Positions 25,168 through 37,815 of a stretch of DNA of 64,000 bases are shown here, piece after piece. Below the pieces are notes generated by a model. It did no database searches. It had not been told where the DNA came from and worked only from the letters and a program-made list of their open reading frames with translations. Position numbers and translations under genes: made by a program. Origin of the DNA: Squalus acanthias (taxonomy: Eukaryota); the NCBI GenBank assembly GCA_030390025.1, contig CM059432.1, forward strand, positions 13,206,001 through 13,270,000, in the 5' to 3' direction. Numbering within the stretch: position 1 is the stretch's first letter; each line of letters starts with the position of its first letter.

Positions 25168-26254
25168 GGACCAGAATTAACTGTAAAAATAGTAGTGAGG
25201 CTAACGGCGCTCATCATTATTTCTGCGCAAATTGGACCAAGCGCATATAACAACAACAACTTATATTTATATAGCACCTTTAACGTAGTAAAACATCCCA
25301 AAGCGCTTCACATGAGCGTTATCAAGCAAAATTTGACACCGAGCCACATTAGGAGGTATTAGGGCAGAAGAGGTAGGTTTTGAGGAGCGTCTTAAAGGAG
25401 GAAAGAGAGGTAGAGAGGTGAAGAGGTTTAGGGAGTGAATTCCAGAGCTTAGGGCCTAGGCAGCTGAATGCACAGCCACCAATGGTGGAGTGATTAAAAT
25501 CGGGGATGCTCAAGAGGCCAGAATTGGAGGAACACAGATATCTCAGAGGGTTGTAGGGCTGGAGGAGATTAGAGATAGGGAGCGGTGAAAATTGAGAAGT
25601 TGCTATCCGAGGTGCACCGATCCTCCGTAAGCTGCGCAAAAACGGCATCACGCCATCTGGCTCCCCATTCAGATTTATTGAACAGCATGAATTTCCGGTA
25701 CTTGCATTGTAGGGACAGATTAAACTCGCCACAGAAAGTTAGGGCTTGTCCATTTCAGTCTAAGTACCCTTTTTAACAGCATGATAAGTCTTAATTACTG
25801 CCAGTCAACCTCTCTGGCACTGAAAATTAACTTTTACAAGTGCGGAGTCTCATTCATTCCGCTTTTAATTGTTGTTGGAGATTAAAACAAAAATTAAATA
25901 ACATTTTTTTTCTTGTCTCTTTTATCTCTCTCTCTGAATCCAATCTTTCTTTCCCTCTCTTTATTTCGCTTTCTGCACATGATTTGACATTGAATTCCCA
26001 ATTCTAACTTACACTTCCTGCTTCAGACTCGGCCCTGTTCATTAACGATTCTTCAATGTGATTGGTTAAGGAAATACACAGTTGCTTGCCCCTGTTCACA
26101 CAGGTCCCAGATGCCCTGTAGAGGGCGCCGTGCTGTTTCAATCTCCCACTTGCAGCAACTTGCCATGCAAAAGCTCATGGAAAGTAAACAGGAAAGGGCA
26201 AGTCTAACGAACAGCGGGCGCTGTCCGTGCGTCGGTTACAGTAAATTCTGGCCC
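25168..26254. mobile_element. Harbinger-type MITE with an L2 3' fragment (~25250-25583, minus) inserted
   Basis: TIRs ggaccagaattaactgtaa ... ttacagtaaattctggccc. The L2 motif LWNSLP...FKTLLKTYLF lies on the minus strand. Confidence 0.75.
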
Positions 26255-27924
26255 TATATAGCACATAATGGTCTGAGAGCTGCTGGAACTGTGGAAATGT
26301 CCTGGTAATGAAAGCAAAGAATCAAAGTTGAATTATGTAGAATGCAAACTTAGGTAGATATTCCAGAGTTTAACTGATTTACCCTTGAGAAGCAGATTGT
26401 ACATGGTCAGTGGAAGGAACAGGTTTGACGGACTGAATGGCCCCTTCATGTTGCATGCTTTCTTATATTTAACTGTGCTAAAGGTCAAAAATGCAATGAG
26501 TATGCGGCAGTTTCAACCCCGGTCCAAGCACTCATGTCCACAACACATGCACTATTCATAACTCAGTACAAACTGGTATAAAATCAGCAGTCACGCTCCG
26601 TTAGTCCACAAGAATGATTCGCGAAGGAAATGGAAATGGCAAGTCTTCTTCTTAACAATTTGTTTGAAAGATAACCCAAACTTGAAGAAGCCTGGATTGG
26701 AAAAGAAGCACAAATACAGGTATTGTTTGAGCCAGCTCACACACCTAACAGGGGACGCAAATTAGAATTTTTTTTGGCTTTGTGATGGGTGCCAAGGGGA
26801 GGCTGGCTGAGGACAGCAACATATTGATGGAGCGCCTGGATATCCGGCATTATAAGCACATTTATGGGAAGCATGTCTTGATTTGTTGAATCTCTTACTC
26901 CTAAACTACTATAATTCTTTAGTTTGTATTCTTAACTAAGCCCTGGTAATTTTTGCCATTCATAGAAAGAACTATTTTCATCAATTTTCTCCCCTTCTTT
27001 CCTGACATCACTGACTCTTGTTGGGGCATCAAATGGCCATTCTTCATTTATGAGCTTAGCCAATGAGTATGGGTAAGCCATTCACCCTTGGCGATAGCGG
27101 AAAGGATCGCTGCTTTCCTCCACTCAGTCCTCACCCTACCTCCGCACATTCACACTTTCCAGCAGGACTCACTGGCTCGTGAGCAGAAATGAGAATCCTG
27201 ACTGATTTTCCCCTCCTGACTCCAAAGGCGATGATGTCAACCGCCACTCTAGTTAAAATCAATCCGGGGATCTTTCTGGTCTTCATAGCGCATTGCCACA
27301 CAAGGTAATTCATTTTCCCTGCAAGCTCACAGGATGACCATAGGGGTAATTTTAACCTTTATATGCCCATACACCTTTACACTTTATAAATACTGGGGCA
27401 TGAAAGGAACATTGAAGAGTTTGTAACCAGTGTTTGGCTTTTACTGTGTTTCATAGCCATTTAATAAGGTTTGGTTGTTTTTTTCTTCAATCAGCTAGGG
27501 ATAAATGAACAGACCATTTAGTAACTTGTAATTTGTGATTGGGGGCTAACATTACAGCTGAAGCGCTTACCCATGGGCTGTGCACATAAATTAGGATTAC
27601 ACTAAAGAAGATTTAATTTGCTTCTGGCTGCTTGAAACCAAGAGTGGGTACAGAAAGTAAATTGGACTTCAGTCACTGTGTTCAGAAGAGGAAGAGTAAA
27701 GGGCAAAAAAAAAGAGGAAGAAGGAAGCAGAACAACAAAAAAAGGATAACTGGCATTTCAATATTATCATTCATAGTGCACGTACTCTCCCTGGAACCTC
27801 TTACAGTAACTTCATGAAAGCAGGACAACAGTGTGCTAGAATGAAAGAGTCAGCAGCCTAACCACTGACAAATAACCTCGAGACTGCTAAATAATTCAAA
27901 CAATAACACAAAAAAAAAATGGTT

Positions 27925-27930
27925 TTTATT
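27925..27930 (-). promoter_or_regulatory. Candidate proximal polyadenylation signal of RAB31
   Basis: AATAAA on the minus strand ~90 nt after the stop codon, followed by U/GU-rich sequence. A further ATTAAA lies near 27460. The real 3' end cannot be fixed from sequence alone. Confidence 0.3.
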
Positions 27931-28017
27931 TTCCTTTTTTTTTCCCTGTCTGGCTGCTTGGTACGAGGATGATGATTCAACGTTGCTTGGGCTTGTTCTT
28001 CCAAGGCAGCTGGCTGC

Positions 28018-28115
28018 TCAGCAGCAGCGCTTGCTCGATTGTACCGTGTGTCTTCCAACTTTGAAAGCTCCATTGCTACTAATCTGAGAGGGATCCAAAG
28101 GTGGAATCTGTTGGC
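28018..28115 (-). CDS. RAB31: Ras-related protein Rab-31, last coding exon
   Basis: Acceptor ctgtgctttttcag; encodes (S)QQIPPLDPSQISSNGAFKVGRHTVQSSKRCC*. This matches the RAB31-type hypervariable tail (QIPPLDP...RCC) rather than RAB22A, ends in a CC geranylgeranylation motif, and its phase fits the exon at 60707-60816. Confidence 0.93.
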
Positions 28116-29137
28116 CTGAAAAAGCACAGTAGGAAACGTCACTGATCACTGGGGTTACTCACAGTACAAACCGTTTAAAAAATTCCTAGATTCTGGGTTT
28201 ACTGAAATGGCACATCAGTGATTCAGGTGCTCTGATGCATGGCGCACACCCAAAATGTCACAACCTGTCTTTTCTCTTTACAAATACTGCTGTGTGTTTC
28301 CATAATTTTCTTTTTTATTCAGATTTTCTTTTTAAATGAATCCAATGATTCATATCTTTATTATATCTTTTATAATGCTGTCAAATAATGATGCCAACCG
28401 GACTTATTTATTCCTAGTTACTATTAATATCAAACTTTTGATTAATAAGAATCACAAGATCACAGCGCAAATACAGATGGGGAAGGCTTGTCTTGTCTTA
28501 GTTTATCTCTCCAGAAAGACCCTTCAGTCCCCCAGCACGGCATCCAATTCTTGCAAAAATAACGTCAAGATTTTTGTCTCCACTACCCGACCCAGAAATC
28601 CATTCCGTGTATTGATTGCTCTTTGTGTGAAAAACGTTCTGACATCAATCCTTTCACTAGTTTGAACCTGTGTCCCCTTATCTAACTATCAGGGTTTAGT
28701 TTGACGTCATGCACCAGACCTAGCTTTTCTGTTCCATGATATATTATACATATTTCTTTCAAATCAATTCTCTTCTCAAGTTGTCTCTTCTCAAGGCTGA
28801 AACGCCCAGGTTTCTTCAGTTATTCCTCATACTTCAGTTCAGTTGAGATGCTCGGGGCAGTCTCATAGCTTTTTTTGAAATGCCTCTAGTGTTTGAATCA
28901 CTACCCCGTGACTAGACCTAGTTACAGTGCTCAAAGTGTGGTCTGACCCGAACACAGTGCAGTTCCGGTATGTCTCCCTCTAAATTGTACTTCTGTTGTT
29001 TTAGTCTATTGCTCAGCAATCCATTTGCTTTGTTGATTGCTACGCCACAGGAATTTTGAGTCTACTAAAATCCCCAGATTTATCTTTCAGCTTCATCCTT
29101 AGTTATTTCAATACCATTCATGGAGTACACATGTTGC

Positions 29138-29286
29138 CAATGATCCCCCGAAGGAGCCCGGCCACGCGGGTGCATGGCCACGCACCAATCGGGAGGTCCC
29201 GCGCACCAGCTACTGCTGCTGGAAAAGATACCGCGCAGCAAATTTAAAGGGACCGCGCACCAAAAACAAAATTACAGGGAACATTG
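29138..29286. mobile_element. Small hAT MITE
   Basis: TIRs caatgatccc ... gggaacattg and an 8-bp TSD catgttgc/gatgttgc. Confidence 0.7.
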
Positions 29287-29361
29287 GATGTTGCCTATTT
29301 TTCTTTCAAGTTACAACAATAATTTGTATTTATGTGGCACCTTTAACGTAACAATGTTACA

Positions 29362-30430
29362 AGGCACTCGGGGGGGAAAACTCTCCACTGGCTGGAGTCA
29401 TACCTAGCACAAAGGAAGATGGTTGTGGTGGTTGGAGGTCAATCATCACAGCCCCATGGCATCGTTGCAGGAGTTCCTCAAGGCAGTGTCTGAGGTCCAA
29501 CCATCTTCAGCTGCTTCATCAATGACCTTCCCTCCGACATAAGGTCAGAAATGGGGATGTTCGCTGATGACTGCAGTGTTCAGCGCCATTCACAACTCCT
29601 CAGATAATGAAGCAGTCCATGCCCGCATGCAACAAGACCTGGAAGACGTTAAGGCTTGGGCTGATAAGTGGCAGGTAACATTCGCACCACAGAAGTGCCA
29701 GGCAATGACTATCTCCAACAAGAGAGAGTCTAACCACCTCCCCTTGACATTCAACTGCATTACCATCGCTGAATCCCCCACCATCAACATCCTGGGGGTC
29801 ACCATTGACCAGAAACGTAACTGGACCAGCCACATAAATACTGTGGCAACAAGAGCAGGTCAGAGGCTAGGTATTCTGCGGCGAGTGTCTCACCTCCTGA
29901 CTCCCCAAAGCCTTTCTACCATCTACAAGGCACAAGTAAGGAGTGCAGCTCCAATAACACTCAAGAAGCTCGACACCATCCAGGACAAATCAGCCCGCTT
30001 GATTGGCACCCCATCTACCACCTTAAACATTCACTCCCTCCACCACCGGCGTACCGTGGCTGCAGTGTGTACCATCTACAAGATGCAGTGCAGCAACACA
30101 CCAAGGCTTCTTCGACAGCACCTCCCAAACCCGTGACCTCTTCCACTTAGAAGGACAAGGGCAGCAGGCGCATGGGAACACCACCACCTCCAAGTTCCCC
30201 TCCAAGTCACACACCATCCTGACTTGGAAGTATATCGTCGATCCTTCATTGTCACTGGGTCAAAATCCGGGAACTCCCTTCCTAACAGCACTGTGGGAGT
30301 ACCTTCACCGCACGGACTGCAGCAGTTCAAGAAGGTGGCTCACCACCACCTTCTCAAGGGCAATTAGGGATGTGCAATAAATGCTGGCCTTGCCAGTGAC
30401 GTCCACATCCCATAAAAAACGAATAAAAAA
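29362..30430 (+). mobile_element. CR1-group LINE, 5'-truncated copy
   Basis: Closely similar to 2970-4070; ORF 29567-30136 is the RT C-terminal part. Confidence 0.9.
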
Positions 30431-30852
30431 ACCAAAAAACTTCACAAATGGGAAAAGGTAGCGTATTGGGGCCCAAGCCAAAGAGGAAGAACTTAGAGTG
30501 TGGAGACAAAAGCCTGGCTGAAAAGATGGGTCTTGCAAAGGCATTTCAAGACGAAACGAGAAGTAGAGAGGTGGAGGGATTTAGAGAGGCAGTTCCAGAG
30601 TGTGGGGCCAAGTAGGTTGAAGACTGCCACAAATGGTGAGGCGAAGGGAAGACAGGATGCACAAATGGCCACAGTTAGTGGACCCAAGGGTACGGGGATA
30701 TATCAAGCTGGAGGAGGTTGCAGAAATATGGTGGGGGCTCAAAATGGGCAGTCGTGGATTGGCCACCTATATACACCCCACCCATGTGAACATTGGGCGG
30801 GGACAAGATTAAGCTTGGCTGTTGCACGCTCCATGATCATATAATAGCCAAG

Positions 30853-31250
30853 GGGTACGGTAGCATAGTGGTTAGGTTACTGGACTAGTAATTCAGAAAT
30901 GTGAGTTCAAATCACCACCACTGTAGCAGCTGGGGGAATTAAATTCAGTTAGTTATATAAATCTGGAATTAAAAATCTAGTATGAGTAATGTTGACCATG
31001 AAACTACTGGATTGTTGTAAAAACCCAACCGGTTCACTAATGTCCTTTAGGGAAGGAAATCTACCATCCTTACCCGGTCTGGCCTATATATGATTCCAGA
31101 CCCACAGCAATGTGGTTGACTCTTAACTGCCCAAAAACCATTATGAAAAAGTTACCACAAGGACTGCAGTGGATCACCACCACCTTCTCAAGGGCAATTA
31201 TGGATGGGCAATAAATGCTGGCCTTGCCCACATCCCAGGAATATTTTTTT
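30853..31250 (+). mobile_element. tRNA-derived SINE with LINE-derived tail
   Basis: Box A/B-like head (tagcatagtgg...gagttcaaatc), body ggttcactaatgtcctttagggaagg, tail caccaccttctcaagggcaatta.ggatgggcaataaatg. Confidence 0.75.
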
Positions 31251-34176
31251 TTAAATGATCGAATAGCTTGCTAGTACTCATTGCGTTGCTTGTCTGAGTG
31301 TGATAGTGGAAAGTAACTAGCACCATACCAGCAAGAATCAGTTTCAGGAAAGAAAGGAAATAAATTAGAAAAATAAAATCTAATTTTACAGACACTCCAT
31401 TGGAGCTCAATGCTATTTCTAACATATATACTGTACCCACTTATTGTAAAAACCCAACTGGTTGACTAATGTCCTTTAGGGAAGGAAACCTGCCATCCTT
31501 ACCCAGTCTGGCCACTTATTTAATGGTTCTAACAGGTGAATATTCTGGAGTTAGAAAGGTATCAAATATCCAAAAATAATAGTTATTTCGGAGATCTTTA
31601 ATTTGTCTGAAAAACTCACCGAACAGTTCAGGAGTTAAAATAATTTCATACCTGGTCTGATTCTTCTCCTTTGGCCCAGTGAACTTGTTGGAAATAACAA
31701 ACAATATTGAAAATCCCAATTTGGTTCAAGTGTTGATCCATTTAATGAGTTTAGTAAATATTAAGAGGGTAAAGTGTTCCAGCAGATGGTCACAAAGAAA
31801 GAAATTGCATTTATTTTAAACCTTTCATGTCATCAGGCTGTCCCAAAGCACTTCACAGCTAATGAATTATTTTTGAAATATAATCACTGATGCTATGTTT
31901 TTTTAATTCATCCTTTGGGTGTGGGCACCGCTGGTAAGGCCAACAATTATTACCCATCCCTAGTTGCCCTTGGGAAGGTGGTGGTGAGCAGGTTATTAGT
32001 GAGTAAGCGTCGCTTGATTGCACTGTTGACGACTCCATCCATCACTTTGCTGATGATTGGGATTTGCCGCTGATGGGGCAGTAATTGGTCGGGTTGGATT
32101 TGTCCTGCTTTTTGTGGACAGGACATACCTGTGCAATTTTCCACATTGTCGAGAAGGTGCCAATGTTGTAGCTGTACTAGTAAAGCTTGGCTAGAGGTAC
32201 GGTTAGTTCTGAAGCACAGATCTTCAGCATTACAGCGGAGATATTGTCGGGACCCGTAGCCTTTGCTGCGTCCAGTGTACTCAACCATTTCTTGATGTCG
32301 TGTGCAGTGAAACGAATTGGCTGAAGACTGGCAAGTGTGGCAGCCAACTTGTGCTCAGCAAGGTCCCAAAATCAGAAAAGAGATAAACGACCATTTGAAT
32401 TGTTTTGGTGGAGAGAGGAACATTTGCCAGGACATTGGGAGCATTCCCTGCTTTCCTTCAGATAACTTCATGGAGTCTTTCACTTCCAACTGAACAAGTA
32501 GACTGGGCCTTAGTTTAACATCCGAAAGACAGCACTCCTTGAATGCGCTGAAATGTCAGCCTCCGTGGTCAAGTCTTATAAGTAGGTCGTGAACTCACAA
32601 CTTTCTGATTCAAGGCAAGAGTTCTACCACTGAGCCAAACTAACGCTTAAGCATAAATTCAGTTTTTGAGTTAGCTAATCTCATTTGGGTCAGCAGTAAG
32701 GGCACGACACCTGCCCTCAGTGTTCCGAGCCATGGTTCCCTCCCCTCATCACCATCCAGTGACCCTGCTAAAGAAAACTGCTCGCATATTGACGTTGGCT
32801 CAGGATAGAATTGGGCTTGGCTGTGACACCATCCCGGAGCAAACAGCTTACTGAAAATTACACAATTCCTCATGAGCCCTGTGTTGTTTGCTGAAGTAGA
32901 GAGTGGAGAGGAAGTTGGCCAAGAGGATCTGCTCATAGCACAATGCAGCACCGTGGCATTTTAGAGTTTAATCATCTCTTTAGAGAAACGGATTTCAGGA
33001 CTGGTTGTTTTTTTTAATTCACCACTATGTGTAAGTTAATACCCTATGGAGTTAAAAAACCATCTGGCCTGCAGTTCAGTAAAGTCTACAGTGTGTTATA
33101 CTGCCAGGTGATTCCCTTGGTCTGCACACTTCCCACTTCCCAATTCGGCTAACAGTTATTGCAGAACTCCATGCATGAAAGAGATTTAAACCATAAAGTT
33201 AAAAACTAGACTGAAAAACATTTCGCTGAGATGGAATGGTACCTTGCCCTGAAGTAAAACAAATCTTTCACATCTGAATGTTCAAAGATATTTTACAAGT
33301 AAGACAAAGGGGTTTAATTTCATTGCTCCCCTTATTACTGAAATTACGAGATTCAAAAAGGCTGAAAATTGATCCCATTTAAATGAAACTCCAGATGGTG
33401 ATTTTGATGCTATGTATAATAGATGGTGTGTACTTGTTCTGTCTTGTTTCTACATCTGTATTTATTTTTGATGCACAAGCAAAAAAACTTTGATTAAACT
33501 CTTGAGTCATCAACAGACTTCAACAATCATGGGCCATTCCTTAAGACATATTCCCGTATCTTTTTTTATATAAAGCTTCCAAACAAATGTGCATGATTTT
33601 CCAGTTAAACCTCAGAATAAACAATCAGATATAAATATTGAGAAAGAGCCAGTCAGCCAAATCTTGCATCTGATTACAACACTATTGTATTGTGAATGAA
33701 GACTGGCTTACCCTGCCCCTATCACATCCCTCAAATGCTTACAGAATAATCAGTATCTGACAGGCTTCTCCACGGACCACCATTTCATCCAAAATTGAAA
33801 TAAGGTGGACCTCTCCCACTGACATCAAAAGAACATAAGAAATAGGAGCAGGAGTAGGCCATTCGGCCCCTCGAGCCTGCTCCGCCATTCAATAAGATCA
33901 TGGCTGTTCTTGTACCTCATCTCCACCTTCCTGCACTATCCCCATATCTCTTGATTCCCTTAATATCCAAAAATCTATCAATCTCAGGCAAACGGTCTCT
34001 TGAGAGACTGGGTCCATTGTCTGACAGTACTAATGCCAACTAATAGATGCGAGGGACATAAATACTTCACATCGACAGTACTTTCACCTCGCCTTCTATA
34101 ATCATTGTAGTGTGTGTATTTAACTATATTTTTTCTTCTTTTTGCCAATTTTCTGCCCTTCTCCCCTCTAGATATT

Positions 34177-34898
34177 CTGCCAGATTTTGCTGTAGAAATA
34201 ACCGCACCTGTGCAGTTAAACACGGAAATCCGGAAGTTGCTGTCCCAAATGCCCTGCTCTGCTAGAAGCTGCACGAGAATGGTATCTCGCCGACAGACTC
34301 GCCATTGAAATACATGGAACGGCGTGAAGTTGCGGTACTTACCCACTAGATACCCACTAAACTTGCAGAAAAAGTTAGGGCTTGTCCATTCCAGTGTGAG
34401 TACATTTTTAACGGGGTGATAAGTCTTAATTACTGCCCAACAACCTCCTGGCACGGAAAATTAACTTTTACAAGTGTGGCCTCTCATTCCTTCAGATTTT
34501 AATTATTGTTGGAGATTGTAAAAAATTTAAATAATGTAATTTGTTTTTACTTTTTCTTTCTATCTCTTTTATCTATCTCTCTCTTTTAATCCAATTTTTC
34601 TTTCCCTCTCTTTATTTCACTTTCTGTACCTGATTTGACATTGCATTAAACTTACACTTCCTGGTTCAGACTCTGCACTGCTCATTAACGACTCTACAAT
34701 CTGATTGGTTAAGGAGATACACCATTGCTTGCCCTGTTTACACAGGTCCCAGATCCCCTTTCACAGGGCGCTTCTCCGTTTTGGCTCTCTAATTTACAGT
34801 AAGTTCCAGTGCAAAATCCCACAGAAAGTCTGTTGGCAAGTGCAAGTGTAAGGAGTGGCTAGCACTGCTCATTCACCGCTGTGCGCAAAATCTGGCCG
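34177..34898. mobile_element. Harbinger-type MITE
   Basis: TIRs gccagattttgc ... gcaaaatctggc; colinear with 25168-26254. Confidence 0.75.
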
Positions 34899-35984
34899 AT
34901 AAACAGCTTGCTGGCGTACAAGTCCACTGACACTGGGCACCCTCCAGGACACCCCCTCCAGTACCTTTTATAAACAGCATTATTCGTGTGTAAACTTTAA
35001 CTCTAAGCGCTGGCGGGCTACTCGACTGTGGAGGCAGCACAGCAGAGCTCAATCCTGTTCTCACCCAATTTTCTCATACAAGCACTTTCAGCGGGAGTTG
35101 CTGGATTGTGATCAGGACTGGGAACCCTAACTGATTTTTCCCTCTGCAATTCAGGTACGGTGAGGCCAACTGTAACATCCTTTTTTGCTGCCTAGTTGGG
35201 ATTAGCTACCTCAGCGCACACTGTAATATATAATGTATATGCAAAGGCCTCTCGGTCTACTTTAATGTGCGGATAATGGGGCCAAATCCTTCAGCTCTCC
35301 TCAGCAGTCCAATCTTAAAAGCGCAATCTGATCGTACCAACAATCTCGAGTAAGTATACGATGTTTGGAGCATCGTGGACTAGCCATAGGAACAGGAGGA
35401 GGCCATTTAGCCCCTCGAGCCTGTTCCGCCATTCAATGAGATCATGGCTGATCTGTGTCGAGGCCATTTTCATGGTGACAGTGTTTAAATTATTTCGGCC
35501 ATGTCATGCCTGCACCTCCGACAACCCAACATAATGACATGGTCTTCAGTGATATCATATGGTTATCTTTTTCATAGTTCCGAGTAAATCTGTTTTCATG
35601 CTTGCAACTAAATAAAGACAGACAACATGGAGTAGAGTTCACAGCGGCAGTGGCAAGCAACTCAGTCCACTGCCAGCACATATGCCAGGACAGTTGCAGG
35701 CAGCGCACCAACAACTTTCTGATAAGCGTTGCGTGGGTAAGATTGCTTGCTGTCAGCAAAGTTCAGCCATATGTCAACTGGCAAGTGGTCTTGCAAGAAA
35801 ACTTCACCTAGTTGATAACACAAAGGCAAATTCAACAACACAACTGGTGAAACAATGATATCACCACATGAATTAAAATATACTAAATAATATTTGAAAT
35901 GGCAATTCAAAATGACAGTGCAAAGAGTTCTCTTACAGGCAACATGTTGGACAATGATACAGTTTTCAATCCTATCTTTTTTTA

Positions 35985-36295
35985 TTATTCGTTCATGGGA
36001 TGTGGGCGTCGCTGGCAAAGCCAGCATTTATTGCCCATTCCCTAGTTGCCCTTGAGAAGGTGGTGGTGAGCCGCCTTCTTGAACCGCTGCAGTCCTGTGT
36101 GGTGAAGGTACTCCCACAGTGCTGTTAGGGAGGGAGTTTCAGGATTTTGATCCAGTGACGATGAAGGATCGGCGATTATATTTCCAAGTCAGGATGGTGT
36201 GTGACTTGGAGGGGAACTTGGAGGTGCTGGTGTTCCCATGCGCCTGCTGTCCTTGTCCTTCTAAGTGGCAGAGGTCGCGGGTTTGGGAAGTGCTG
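35985..36295 (-). mobile_element. 3' end of CR1-group LINE
   Basis: Reverse-complement match to 3760-4060. Confidence 0.85.
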
Positions 36296-36758
36296 TGACT
36301 TTCCCAAGTGATTTCTCCCTTTAAGGTCATTTCCCATTAGCCTATGATTCACCAGCTTGCTGAATCAAAACAGAGTTACATTGACTTATTGTGGTTACTG
36401 GTGCTGGCTGGGCTTCCAGTTACTTTGTCTGGTTCAATATCATTTCCATATGCCCCCTCCCAGCTACGCTATGTCATAGGCAGTCGGTAATAGCCAGAGT
36501 TGTAAAATGTGTGTGGGATAGCAGGCTGAACTAAAATCATATCTAACCACAAAAAACAAACTCTGACAAATTCAAACAAACAGGACCTTCATTAACCCAT
36601 GACCAAAAATGGCGCGGTGCTTTGGCAGTATATGTTGCTGAGGCATTATTTGCAATACTTCACTGACAGAATAATTTAAGACACATTGGACTGACTTCTG
36701 ACCTTGACAACGATACAAGAACCACCAAAAATCCCATTATTTTTTCTACACGGCACAA

Positions 36759-36928
36759 CCACTCTAATCTATCCCACTCTAATCTATCCCACTCTAATCT
36801 ATCCCACTCTAATCTATCCCACTCTAATCTATCCCACTCTAATCTATCCCACTCTAATCTATCCCACTCTAATCTATCCCACTCTAATCTATTCCACTCT
36901 AATCTATCCCACTCTAATCTATCCCACT
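36759..36928. repeat. 15-bp minisatellite (ccactctaatctatc) x ~11
   Basis: Read directly from the sequence; one variant unit. Confidence 0.95.
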
Positions 36929-36964
36929 GAACTACTGGCAGCATAGATCCAAATGAACGGCGCA

Positions 36965-37318
36965 ATGAAAGAAAGAAAGAAAGAAAGACTTGCATTTCTA
37001 TAGCGCCTTTCACGGCCACCGAACATCTCAAAGCACTTTACAGACAATGAAGTACCTTTGAAGTGTAGTCACTGTTGTAATGTAGGAAACGCGGCAGCCA
37101 ATTTGCGCACAGCAAGGTCCCACAAACAGCAATGTGATAATGAGCAGATAATCTGTTTTTGTTATGTTGATCGAGGGATAAATATTGGCCAGGACACCGA
37201 GGATAACGCCCCTGCTCTTCTTTGAAATAGTGCCATGGGATCTTTTACGTCCACCTGAGAGAGCAGATGAGACCTCGGTTTAACGTCTCATCCGAAAGAC
37301 GGCACCTCCGACAGTACA
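36965..37318 (-). mobile_element. DeuSINE-type SINE, 5'-truncated, with (gaaa)n tail
   Basis: Near-identical to 5668-5955. Confidence 0.8.
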
Positions 37319-37683
37319 ACACAATGTCACAAAAATTCTTCCCATTCAAAAGTAAATCTTCCATTTTCCACATTCGGAACAGAACACTCCTTGCGATTGT
37401 TATGCTCACCGACCGCAAAGATCAGTCAGTGCCTGGGTATGAGTTGCTGTTTTACAATCCTCAACAGCTTGTGTTTATGTGTAAACACCTGTCCTGTCAA
37501 GAAAGTTACTTTTTAGATATTTGAGGCTCTATTCCAATGACGCAGAAGTACAAGTTCATGCTTAGTTGAGTGCAGATTCAAACTCTCTGTCCTGCTTCCT
37601 TCAAGTTCCAATGACAAGTTCCAATGATCACAGTGCATTGCTGCAGAAATTGCAACCTTCACACCTAGTTACCTCTAATTATA

Positions 37684-37815
37684 CAATAGCAAAATACTGC
37701 GGATGCTGGAAATCCGAAATAACAACAGAAAACGCTGGAAAAACTCAGCAGGCCAGGCAGCATCCGTGGAGAGAGAAAGAGAGTTGACGTTTCAGGTCGA
37801 TGACCTTTCATCAGA
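37684..37815 (-). mobile_element. 132-bp Penelope pLTR-derived insertion starting at a hammerhead motif
   Basis: 13-bp TSD acctctaattata (37671-37683, 37816-37828). The minus strand reads CTGATGA-aaggtcatcgacct-GAAA-cGTC-aact. Confidence 0.85.

Noticed and set aside
27858..28142. 94-aa ORF from the ORF track
   Set aside because: It is the wrong frame over the RAB31 last exon; the spliced frame gives the conserved QIPPLDP...CC tail.
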